NCBI GenBank assembly: GCA_023954745.1
Contig: JAGSHC010000001.1
Span: 14,356 to 78,355 of the forward strand
DNA length: 64,000 nucleotides
DNA from: Deltaproteobacteria bacterium
GTDB lineage: Bacteria > Myxococcota_A > UBA796 > UBA9615
Reading direction: 5' to 3'
The stretch's first letter is position 1, and every line of letters starts with the position of its first letter. Positions 11,111 to 21,638 of the stretch are shown here, in pieces. The position numbers and the translations under genes were made by a program. The notes under the pieces are model-generated. The model did no database searches. It saw only the letters and a list, made by a program, of their open reading frames with translations, and was not told the DNA's origin.

Positions 11111-11144
11111 GAGCGGCACCGAGCCGCCTGGAGCGTGTGACCCC

Positions 11145-12269
11145 ATGGAATTCCGCATCGCCAAGGATGAGCTGATCCGAGCTCTCTCGAGGGTCCAGGG
11201 CATCGTCGAGAAGCGCTCGACGAACCCGATCATCGCGAACGTGCTCCTCGAGGCCGGAAGCGATGGCATGAAGGTCAGCGCGACCGACACCGAGGTGTCT
11301 CTCGTCGGCCACTACACCATCGAGTGCATTCAGCCGGGCCGTCTGACTCTCGGCGCACGTCAGCTCTACGAGATCGCTCGTCTGGTTCCTACGGACACCG
11401 TCTCGTTCCGACTTCCCGAGGGCTCGTTCCTCATGGAGATCAGCTCTGGGAAGGCGCAGTTCAAGGTCCTCGGTCTGGCTGCAGACGACTACCCACCCAT
11501 CGCCGAAGGCGGTGACGGTGAGGGGCTGCAGATCGAAGCAGCGGACCTCAAGGCGCTGGTCGACAAGACGCTCTTCTCCATCTCTGGGGACGACACCCGC
11601 ACGGGTCTCAACGGAGCTCATGTCGAGGTCACCGAGCTCGCCGGTGGTCGGACTCACCTGCGCTACGTCTCGACGGATGGTCACCGGCTGTCCCTCGCCG
11701 GTCGCAAGTTCTCTGGCAACTGGACCGCGGATCGCAGCGTGCTGCTTCCGAAGAAGGGCCTCGCCGAGCTCCGCAAGCTCGTCGATGTGGGCGATGGCCC
11801 GTGGAGCTTGCTGCTTTCGGACACCCAGGCGGTGTTCAGCCGCGGCTCGACTTCGTTCTCGATGCGCCTGCTCGAAGGGGACTTCCCCGACTACAAGCAG
11901 GTGGTTCCGGGCGGATGGCAGCGCCGCATCCTCGTGCAGCGCGCCCACGTCAGCCAGGCGCTCAAGCGGGTGTCCATTCTCGCCAGCGAGAAGTCGCATC
12001 CGGTGCGGTTCCACATCTCGGACGGCACCCTCATCATCACGGCGAAGCAGCCGGAGACGGGGGAAGCTCGGGAAGAGCTCGAGGCGCAGGTGGAAGGCCA
12101 GGACCTGGAGATTGGCTTCAACGCTCGATACTTCCTCGACGCTCTGAACGTGATGGACACCGACAGCATCGCCATTGAGATCGGTGACTCCCTGTCGCCC
12201 TGCCTCGTGCGTCCCGGCGAAGGCGAAGCCGACGAGCTGTTCGTTGTCATGCCCATGAGGCTCGAGTAG
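11145..12269 (+). CDS. dnaN: DNA polymerase III subunit beta (sliding clamp)
   Basis: An internal ATG gives MEFRIAKDELIRALSRVQGIVEKRSTNPIIANVLLEA..., the typical DnaN N-terminus (~374 aa). The gene order dnaA-dnaN-recF fits. Confidence 0.95.
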   Translation: MEFRIAKDELIRALSRVQGIVEKRSTNPIIANVLLEAGSDGMKVSATDTEVSLVGHYTIECIQPGRLTLGARQLYEIARLVPTDTVSFRLPEGSFLMEISSGKAQFKVLGLAADDYPPIAEGGDGEGLQIEAADLKALVDKTLFSISGDDTRTGLNGAHVEVTELAGGRTHLRYVSTDGHRLSLAGRKFSGNWTADRSVLLPKKGLAELRKLVDVGDGPWSLLLSDTQAVFSRGSTSFSMRLLEGDFPDYKQVVPGGWQRRILVQRAHVSQALKRVSILASEKSHPVRFHISDGTLIITAKQPETGEAREELEAQVEGQDLEIGFNARYFLDALNVMDTDSIAIEIGDSLSPCLVRPGEGEADELFVVMPMRLE

Positions 12270-12294
12270 GCATCGAGGGCCGACGGCCGCGTCG

Positions 12295-13461
12295 GTGAGG
12301 CTCACCTCCCTCTCCCTGCGTGACTTCCGCAATCTGGCGGTGGTCGATTTGGAGCTCCCTCCGGGGATCTCTGTGTTCTTCGGGGACAACGGGCAGGGGA
12401 AGACCAACCTCCTCGAAGCCGTCTACCTCCTCGCGACCCTGAAGAGCTTTCGGGGGGCGAAGAACAAGGAGCTGATTCGGTTCGAACACGTAGATGGGAA
12501 GGCCAAGAAGGCAGCGGACTGCGCGGTCGTCAAGGGTCGCCTGCTCACCGGCTCGCTCCCCCGCGACTACCAGGTCACTGTCGACGACAAAGGCAAGCGC
12601 ATCCGAGTCGACGGCAAGGACCCTCGCGGGCTCCCAAACTACTTTTCGGGCATCAAGGCCGTCTCGTTCGTGCCTTCCGACCTGCGGATGGTCGATGGGG
12701 GTCCAGAGCTTCGCCGGGAGTTCCTCGACCGCGCGGCGTTCACCCTCGACTCCACCTACCTCGGCGTCGCCAGGGAGTATCGGACCGCGCTGCGCCAGAA
12801 GAACGCTCTGCTTCGCGATGGAAAGAGGACAGGGCGCTCCCCAGATCCGGCGCTGCTGGGCGTGTGGAACGACCGACTGGTCTCTGCTGGGACGGAGGTC
12901 ATCGCCCGCCGGGTTGGCTTCTTGGAGCGTTTCGCGCCGACGTTTCGAGGCGTGCACGAGGGCATCACCGGCGCAGCGAAGGGCTATGCCGAGATTCGCT
13001 ACCGCGGCCCAGTGACTGCGTCGGCCCTCGAAGACGGGCGGGAGGGCATCGCTGCCGCCTTGAAGACCAAGGTCGACGACGCCTTCGCGGCTGAGGTGAA
13101 GCGCGGGTTTTCCACGGTGGGTCCGCATCGTGACGACTGGGAGCTGCGCGTCGGAGGGGAGCCCTTGCGAGCCTTCGGAAGCCAGGGCCAGGTGCGAAGC
13201 GCGGCGTTGGCGATGCGCATGGCGGTCATGGAGCTGACGAAGGAGGCGGCGGGGGTGTGTCCGCTCTTCCTGTTGGACGACGTCAGCTCGGAGCTCGACT
13301 CCCACCGCAATCGCCAGCTGATGGATCGACTCCGCGCGCTCGAGGCTCAGGTGCTTGTCACCACGACTTCGTTGTCGAACCTCCAGCTCACGCGCGCGCG
13401 CATGGCGGCGTTTCGCGTCCAGGGGGGTGTCGTGGAATCGCAGCCCTCAGAAGGCTCGTGA
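12295..13461 (+). CDS. recF: DNA replication and repair protein RecF
   Basis: 388 aa starting MRLTSLSLRDFRNLAVVDLELPPGISVFFGDNGQGKTNLLEAVYLL (Walker A) and carrying the C-terminal ABC-type signature/D-loop LFLLDDVSSELD. Confidence 0.95.
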   Translation: MRLTSLSLRDFRNLAVVDLELPPGISVFFGDNGQGKTNLLEAVYLLATLKSFRGAKNKELIRFEHVDGKAKKAADCAVVKGRLLTGSLPRDYQVTVDDKGKRIRVDGKDPRGLPNYFSGIKAVSFVPSDLRMVDGGPELRREFLDRAAFTLDSTYLGVAREYRTALRQKNALLRDGKRTGRSPDPALLGVWNDRLVSAGTEVIARRVGFLERFAPTFRGVHEGITGAAKGYAEIRYRGPVTASALEDGREGIAAALKTKVDDAFAAEVKRGFSTVGPHRDDWELRVGGEPLRAFGSQGQVRSAALAMRMAVMELTKEAAGVCPLFLLDDVSSELDSHRNRQLMDRLRALEAQVLVTTTSLSNLQLTRARMAAFRVQGGVVESQPSEGS

Positions 13462-13538
13462 CGGCGTTTTTGACTCCTCAGCGAGGGGGGGCTCGATCCG
13501 TGGCTTCAACGCTGGAAATAAGGGCTGAAAACCGCTAG

Positions 13539-16043
<2,505 letters not shown>

Positions 16044-16065
16044 TCGCAGAGACTCAGGAGCCCTC

Positions 16066-17073
16066 ATGGCCAACCCAGTAGCGAGCAAGATCATCGGCAC
16101 CGGGCACTACGTCCCGCCCACCGTGGTGACCAACGACGACCTCGCAAAGCGTTTCGACACGTCGGATGAGTGGATTCAGCAGCGCACCGGGATCAAAGAG
16201 CGTCGCTACAGCAAGCCCGAGGACACCACGGCGCACATGGGTGCCCTGGCAGCCCGCGCGGCCGTGGAAGACGCGGGCCTCGAGCTGACCGACATCGACT
16301 GCATCCTGCTCGGCACGCTCAGCCCCGACGTGACCTTTCCGGGCAGCTCGGTGTTCGTGCAGCGCGAGCTGGGCCTCCACGGCATCGCGTGCATGGACAT
16401 TCGGAACCAGTGCTCGGCCTACCTGTACATGGTGGCCACCGCGGATGCCTACGTCCGCGCTGGGCTGTTCAAGAACGTGCTCATCATTGGCTCCGAGGTG
16501 CACAGCACCGGAATCGACTTCTCGGACGAGGGTCGCGACGTGACGGTGCTCTTCGGGGACGGCGCGGCTGCGGCCGTGATTTCGGCGAGCGACGACCCCA
16601 AGGTGGGCGTCCTCCAGTCGTGCCTCCATGCGGACGGTGCTGGCGCCGAGTTGCTCTGGATCCAGAACCCGGGCAGCCGGGAGTTCCCGCACCGCGCGCC
16701 GGAGTCCATGTACGAAGACAAGTCGGTCTATCCCGGAATGGACGGACGCGCAGTCTTCAAGTGGGCCACCCGCAAGCTGCCCGAGGTGATCCGCGAGGCC
16801 CTCGATAAGTCTGGCTATGAGCTGGATGACATCGATGTGCTCGTGCCCCATCAGGCGAACATGCGCATCAACCAGATGGTGGCGAAACAGCTGGGGTTCC
16901 CCCAGGAAAAGGTCGTCCACAACATCCAAAAGTATGGAAACACGACGGCGGCGTCCGTAGGAATTGCTCTCGATGAGGCCCGGAAGGACGGTCGCATCAA
17001 GGAAGGTTCCCTGGTATGTCTCGCAGCCTTCGGCTCTGGATTCACCTGGGGTGCGAGCATTCTGAGGTTCTGA
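16066..17073 (+). CDS. fabH: 3-oxoacyl-ACP synthase III (FabH, KAS III)
   Basis: 335 aa with the catalytic Cys in SAYLYMVATAD..., the VPHQANMRI His motif and GNTTAASVGIAL (Asn) at the C-terminus. It lies 22 bp after gyrB. Confidence 0.9.
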   Translation: MANPVASKIIGTGHYVPPTVVTNDDLAKRFDTSDEWIQQRTGIKERRYSKPEDTTAHMGALAARAAVEDAGLELTDIDCILLGTLSPDVTFPGSSVFVQRELGLHGIACMDIRNQCSAYLYMVATADAYVRAGLFKNVLIIGSEVHSTGIDFSDEGRDVTVLFGDGAAAAVISASDDPKVGVLQSCLHADGAGAELLWIQNPGSREFPHRAPESMYEDKSVYPGMDGRAVFKWATRKLPEVIREALDKSGYELDDIDVLVPHQANMRINQMVAKQLGFPQEKVVHNIQKYGNTTAASVGIALDEARKDGRIKEGSLVCLAAFGSGFTWGASILRF

Positions 17074-17076
17074 ACC

Positions 17077-18009
17077 CTGTCTGACGGACCCGCCAGCTCA
17101 ATCAAGTTCGGCAACAAGCGGGTCTTCTTCCTCTCGGGGAAGGGTGGAACCGGCAAGACGGCGATCTCCGTGGGTCTCGCGCGTGCTCTCGCACGTCGTG
17201 GCAAGCGAGTCCTGATCGTCGAGATCGACGCCCCTCGCCCGAACCTGCCCAACTACTTCGGTGGCCAGATCGACGCCCAGCCTCGCAAGCTGGGCCGGCG
17301 CATCGACGGCTGCAACATCGACTTCTTCTCGGCCCTGCGCTCCTACGTGGAGTCCGTGGTGCCGGTGAAGCGAGTTGTGGGACTCATCCTCAAGAACCGG
17401 GTGGTGAAGATCTTCCTCACCGCCACGCCCGGCGCCCGCGAGCTCGTGCTGATGTCACGCCTGTGGGAGTTCAGCTGGGATCCGCGCTGGGACCACATCA
17501 TCGTCGACCTGCCTGCGTCCGGGCACGCCATGGCGTTGATGCGCTGCCCGACACTGGCCAAGCGCACGTTCGCCCGTGGCCCGCTGCGCAAGCGCGCTGA
17601 CGAGATCATCGACCGCTTCGTCGACCCGTCGGTGGCGGGGCTCTACTTCTGCGCTCTTCCGGGTGAGATGCCCATCAACGAGACCCTGGAGACAAGGCAG
17701 CAGCTGGTTGATCTGGGCATGCCCCAGGTGGGCGGGGTCTTCCTCAACCAGTACCCCGACGAGAGCTTCTCGGAAGAGGAGCAGGGCCTGCTCGACCAGG
17801 TGGCGGCCATGGACGGCGCGCCCCGCTCAGTGGGGGCAGCGGTGGAGTCCGCCATCGAGACGCGCCGGAATCAGGTGGTCGCCGAAGAAGGCGTGGGCAA
17901 GCTGCTCGGCGCCTTCGGTGAGGGCTACGTCGGCCGCTTGCCGGTGCTCCCCGGAACCCACAGTCAGGTGGCGGATGCCATCTCGCTCATCATCACGGAG
18001 TGGCTGTGA
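17077..18009 (+). CDS. ArsA/Get3-family P-loop ATPase (first of an adjacent pair); start codon unresolved
   Basis: The frame is open from the fabH stop and reads ...SIKFGNKRVFFLSGKGGTGKTAISVGLARALARRGKRVLIVEIDAP with the ArsA-like signature DLPASGHAMALM. There is no ATG/GTG/TTG upstream of the P-loop; only CTG (17077) and ATC (17101) are available. The track start at 17170 (GTG) would delete the Walker A. Confidence 0.65.
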   Translation: MSDGPASSIKFGNKRVFFLSGKGGTGKTAISVGLARALARRGKRVLIVEIDAPRPNLPNYFGGQIDAQPRKLGRRIDGCNIDFFSALRSYVESVVPVKRVVGLILKNRVVKIFLTATPGARELVLMSRLWEFSWDPRWDHIIVDLPASGHAMALMRCPTLAKRTFARGPLRKRADEIIDRFVDPSVAGLYFCALPGEMPINETLETRQQLVDLGMPQVGGVFLNQYPDESFSEEEQGLLDQVAAMDGAPRSVGAAVESAIETRRNQVVAEEGVGKLLGAFGEGYVGRLPVLPGTHSQVADAISLIITEWL

Positions 18010-19223
18010 GCCCCCCCATGACCACCCAGGGCGCTCGCCAACGAGAGGCTCAGGAGGCGCTGCTCGACGCCGTGCGCGACCGCAAGCTGGTGGTGTGCGT
18101 CGGAAGCGGAGGAGTGGGCAAGACCACCACTGCGGCGTCCATTGGCATTCGAGCGGCGATCGACGGCAAGCGAGTCATCGTCGTGACCATCGACCCCGCG
18201 AAGCGCCTCGCAAACTCGCTGGGGCTGGAGGCCCTGGGCAACGACCAGCGGCAGATCGACCCCGCGCGGTTCGCCGAGCATGGGGTGGAGCCCAAGGGCA
18301 CGTTGCACGCGATGATGCTCGACACGCGAGCGACCTTCGACGAGGTCATCAGCAAGGTGTCTCCTGACGACGAGACGCGCGACCGGGTGCTCAGCAACCG
18401 CATCTACAAGCACATCTCCGACACGCTCTCCGCCAGTCACGACTACATGGCGTCCGAGAAGCTCTACGACCTGTACACCTCGGGCAAGTACGACCTCATC
18501 GTGCTCGACACGCCCCCCATGAAGAACGCCATCGACTTTCTCGAGGCGGGTGGGCAGCTGGCGCGATTCCTCGACGACTCAATCATCAGCTGGTTCCTCA
18601 CGCCGCACCAGGGTGGCCGTCGCGTGGGGGCCTCGCTGATCTCCGGGACCGGCACCATCGTGTACCGCCTCCTGGGACGGGTGTTCGGCAACGACTTCCT
18701 CGACGAAATCGCGGAGTTCTTCCTCGCCACGAAGGACCTGCTTGCCGGCTTCCGGGAGCGCGCTGAGTTTGTGAGCCAGCTGCTCCACGACAAGAACAAG
18801 ACTCGCTTCTTCGTGGTGTGTACGCCCCGCGCGGTGTCCATGGATGAGGCCCGCTACTTCCACCGGCAGTTGGTGGAGCGCGACATGCCCGGTGGGCTGT
18901 TCATCGTGAACCAGGCGGGTCGCTACGCCGGGTTTTCGCCCGCGCCGGACGGCCAGCCAGGGCAGTATCTCGGCCCCGTCGACCGCGACTGGATGGCCGA
19001 TGCGCTCGAGCGTCCGGTCGGGGGGATGCAGTCGTTCCTGAGCCGATTGGACGCACACTTCGAGCGCAGCGTGGCCCTGGACGACGACGACGCACGCAGC
19101 ATCGAGGGCCTCCGGGCCTTCGCTGGCTCATCGGCGAGGGTGTGTGTCGTTCCCCGTCTCACCACGGATGTCTACGACCTGGACGGGTTGCTCAAGATCG
19201 GTGGTTACGTCTTCGGCGTGTAG
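18000..19223 (+). CDS. ArsA/Get3-family P-loop ATPase (second of the pair)
   Basis: 407 aa with VVCVGSGGVGKTTTAASIGIRAAIDGKRVIVVTIDPAKRL (Walker A and the ArsA-type DPA motif). It overlaps the upstream paralog by 10 nt. A GTG at 18000 or the ATG at 18018 are possible starts. Confidence 0.8.
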   Translation: MAVSPPMTTQGARQREAQEALLDAVRDRKLVVCVGSGGVGKTTTAASIGIRAAIDGKRVIVVTIDPAKRLANSLGLEALGNDQRQIDPARFAEHGVEPKGTLHAMMLDTRATFDEVISKVSPDDETRDRVLSNRIYKHISDTLSASHDYMASEKLYDLYTSGKYDLIVLDTPPMKNAIDFLEAGGQLARFLDDSIISWFLTPHQGGRRVGASLISGTGTIVYRLLGRVFGNDFLDEIAEFFLATKDLLAGFRERAEFVSQLLHDKNKTRFFVVCTPRAVSMDEARYFHRQLVERDMPGGLFIVNQAGRYAGFSPAPDGQPGQYLGPVDRDWMADALERPVGGMQSFLSRLDAHFERSVALDDDDARSIEGLRAFAGSSARVCVVPRLTTDVYDLDGLLKIGGYVFGV

Positions 19224-19281
19224 AGAGTCGTCCTCGGCGTGTTGAGAGTCACCTCTCGCGTGGATGCCCCTCGACGGGCTC

Positions 19282-20526
19282 CTACCACTTCCACCACTTC
19301 TTGCTCTCCCCCGAGTCCTCGCCAGGTCCCAGCTCGTGCGGGCCGTCGCCCTCACGTCGGGGTTCGGGGACTGCCACCGGCTCGACCGCGCTCATGCTGA
19401 TGGCGTCGATGGAGGTGTCGCCATCGTCCTCGGCGACTGTGCCGCGGCTGAGGATGACCGTCTCGGACACCTGAGGGCGGCCCGCTGGCTCCAGACTCGC
19501 ATCCGATGCCTGCTCACCGGTGCTCTCCAGATCGCGATCCCGCGCCGTCCTCGTCTCGACCCATTGACGCAGCGCTCCCCGGCCGTGACTGGGCCGGTGC
19601 AGCTCCCAAAGGCCCTCGAGCCGGTCGAACACCTCGCCGCCCTCCTGGGGTCGCTTGTCGGGGTACTGAGCGAGGAGCGAGCTCATCAGGGAGACCAGCT
19701 TCTCCATGGGTCGCCCCTTGTCCTCCAATTCGTACCTACGGGCCAACGCCCAGCGGAGCTCCGGCTCGCGCGGTTCGAAGCGGGCTTTCAGAGCAGCGTC
19801 GAGCGGAGAGACACCGTTGCCCTCCTCCACGCGAACGAATGGCGCGCCGGTGAGGAACTCAAAGGCGATGGCGCCGAGCGCATAGAGGTCGGACCGCCCA
19901 TCGAGAGGCTCGCCGTGGAGCTGTTCGGGGCTCATGTAGAGCGGGGTGCCCTTGGTGATGCCGCCGTCGGTTTCGTTGCCCAACCGGCGCTTCGCCCAGG
20001 CGATGCCGAAGTCGAGGATCTTCACCCGTCCCTCCACTGTCACCACGATGTTCGCGGGCTTCAGGTCGCGATGGACGAGCCCCACGTGGTTGCCGGCGCT
20101 GTCGACGAGGCGGTGGGCGAAGTGCAGCCCATCGGCGATTTCGCTGATGGCCAGGAGTGGGGCCGAGATGGGCAGCGGGTCGAGGCGGGTCCGGTCGTGA
20201 CGCAGGAGCCGCCGGAGCGTCTGCCCCCGCACCAACTCCATCACCAATATCCAGGTGTCCCCCAGAGCGTCGTCGCTGATGGCTCGAAAGTGGCGGGCCT
20301 GGACCACGTTGGGATGCTGCACCCGGCTGAGGATGCGCGCCTCGTTGGCCATGCCAGCGACGCTGGCGGGGTCCTGAGCGGCCTTGACCGCGTCGAGGAC
20401 CTTGACCGCGACCTCCTGCGAGAAGCCCAGGTCGCCGCGGATGATGGCGCGATACACGGACCCGAAGGAGCCGGCTCCGAGGAGCTCGACGAATTCGTAG
20501 CCTTCGATGGTGCGAGGAAGCCGCAT
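19282..20526 (-). CDS. Hanks-type serine/threonine protein kinase
   Basis: 414 aa with LGAGSFGSVYRA (Gly-loop), AVKVL (catalytic Lys), HRDLKPANIV (catalytic loop), DFG and SPEQ. It has a disordered acidic C-terminal region ending in KKWWKW. Confidence 0.88.
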   Translation of the reverse strand: MRLPRTIEGYEFVELLGAGSFGSVYRAIIRGDLGFSQEVAVKVLDAVKAAQDPASVAGMANEARILSRVQHPNVVQARHFRAISDDALGDTWILVMELVRGQTLRRLLRHDRTRLDPLPISAPLLAISEIADGLHFAHRLVDSAGNHVGLVHRDLKPANIVVTVEGRVKILDFGIAWAKRRLGNETDGGITKGTPLYMSPEQLHGEPLDGRSDLYALGAIAFEFLTGAPFVRVEEGNGVSPLDAALKARFEPREPELRWALARRYELEDKGRPMEKLVSLMSSLLAQYPDKRPQEGGEVFDRLEGLWELHRPSHGRGALRQWVETRTARDRDLESTGEQASDASLEPAGRPQVSETVILSRGTVAEDDGDTSIDAISMSAVEPVAVPEPRREGDGPHELGPGEDSGESKKWWKW

Positions 20527-20618
20527 GCCGAAGATCTAGCGCGAGATTCGCCGCTCGGGTTTGCTGTCGGAGATTGCGCGGGGAAGTCCCATGGACGTCG
20601 CCCCGGCCGATCTCTCAG

Positions 20619-21416
20619 CTACCAGGTGACCGTGGCCTCGTCGCAGCTGAGCCACTCCACGGTGACGCGGGTGGTCTCGACGGGGTCGAAGCCCTCGCGG
20701 TACTGGGCGCGCCAGTCGAGGACGCCGCCGATGGGGCCCTCGCAGCCGTCGTCGGTGACGAGGCCTTCGATGGTGCCGTCGAGCCGGAACTGAACAGAGG
20801 TGGCAGAGGGGGATCCGCCGAGGGTCACGCCGGCGAGCCAGGCCATGTCGAAGCTGCCCTCGAGGGTGGTGTCGGTCCAATCGAGCTGGTGAGTCCAGTC
20901 GAGGGTGGTGCCGATCCCGAAGCCCACGACGTTGGCTCCGAAGTCGAGGGCGAGCTCGGAGCTGCTGCTGTTCTCGCTCCACTTGTATTCGCCGTCGGCG
21001 GAGAAACCGATGCTGACGCTGGGGACCTCGACGCCGAGCACGCAGTCGTCGTAGATGACTCCGTCGTCGAGCTCGGTGAGGCACTCGGGCCACTCGTCAC
21101 GCGCGCCCGAGCCGGCGAAGGTCACCTGACGGAGAAGCTCGAGCTCTTCCTGATGAACGATGGCGGCCGAGTTGGACCCGTCGGCTCGGTCCTTGTTGGA
21201 CAGGTACCGCAGCGAGGGCTGAACCGCGGAGATGGCCCCGAGCGAGAACTGCCCGAAGTCCGTCGAGGGTGCGTTGCCCGTCTGGAGGGTGAAGTCGACC
21301 TCTCCCAGCTGCTCGAGCTCGCCCGCATCGGCGTCGTGGGTGGTCCGGCAGCCGCTGGCGGCGAGGGTCAGCGCGAGCAGAAGAAGCATGGATCGCATGG
21401 GCTGAGAATAGGTCAT
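20619..21416 (-). CDS. Hypothetical lipoprotein
   Basis: 265 aa with signal peptide and lipobox MRSMLLLLALTLAASGC. It is Asp/Gly/Thr-rich and I recognise no domain. An alternative start is the ATG at 21398. Confidence 0.5.
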   Translation of the reverse strand: MTYSQPMRSMLLLLALTLAASGCRTTHDADAGELEQLGEVDFTLQTGNAPSTDFGQFSLGAISAVQPSLRYLSNKDRADGSNSAAIVHQEELELLRQVTFAGSGARDEWPECLTELDDGVIYDDCVLGVEVPSVSIGFSADGEYKWSENSSSSELALDFGANVVGFGIGTTLDWTHQLDWTDTTLEGSFDMAWLAGVTLGGSPSATSVQFRLDGTIEGLVTDDGCEGPIGGVLDWRAQYREGFDPVETTRVTVEWLSCDEATVTW

Positions 21417-21638
21417 TTCGAGGCACCTCCTACCAGGTCAAACACCGCCCCAGGCGGGTCGGCACCGAGCATAGATCTGCCCGACCCGTACGCCCACGGG
21501 ATCGGTCTGCGAGCACCCCCTGGATCAACCCCCAGGATCGACCAAAAAAACACAGTATTTCCAACAACTTACACTGCTTGCCAACCGGATCCCGACCCTG
21601 TAGCATCCGGCGTCGCCCGAACCCCCCGGAATCGCTGA

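Noticed and set aside
10690-11112. 140-aa plus-strand ORF (and the overlapping minus ORFs 10706..10990 and 10746..10949) between dnaA and dnaN
   Set aside because: It overlaps the dnaA 3' end and the DnaA-box/DUE region. It has no homology signal or RBS, and the region is explained as oriC.
17170-18009. Track start (GTG at 17170) for the first ArsA-like ATPase
   Set aside because: It would remove the Walker A P-loop (GKGGTGKT at ~17128-17151), which is in frame upstream. The gene must start earlier, despite lacking a canonical start codon.
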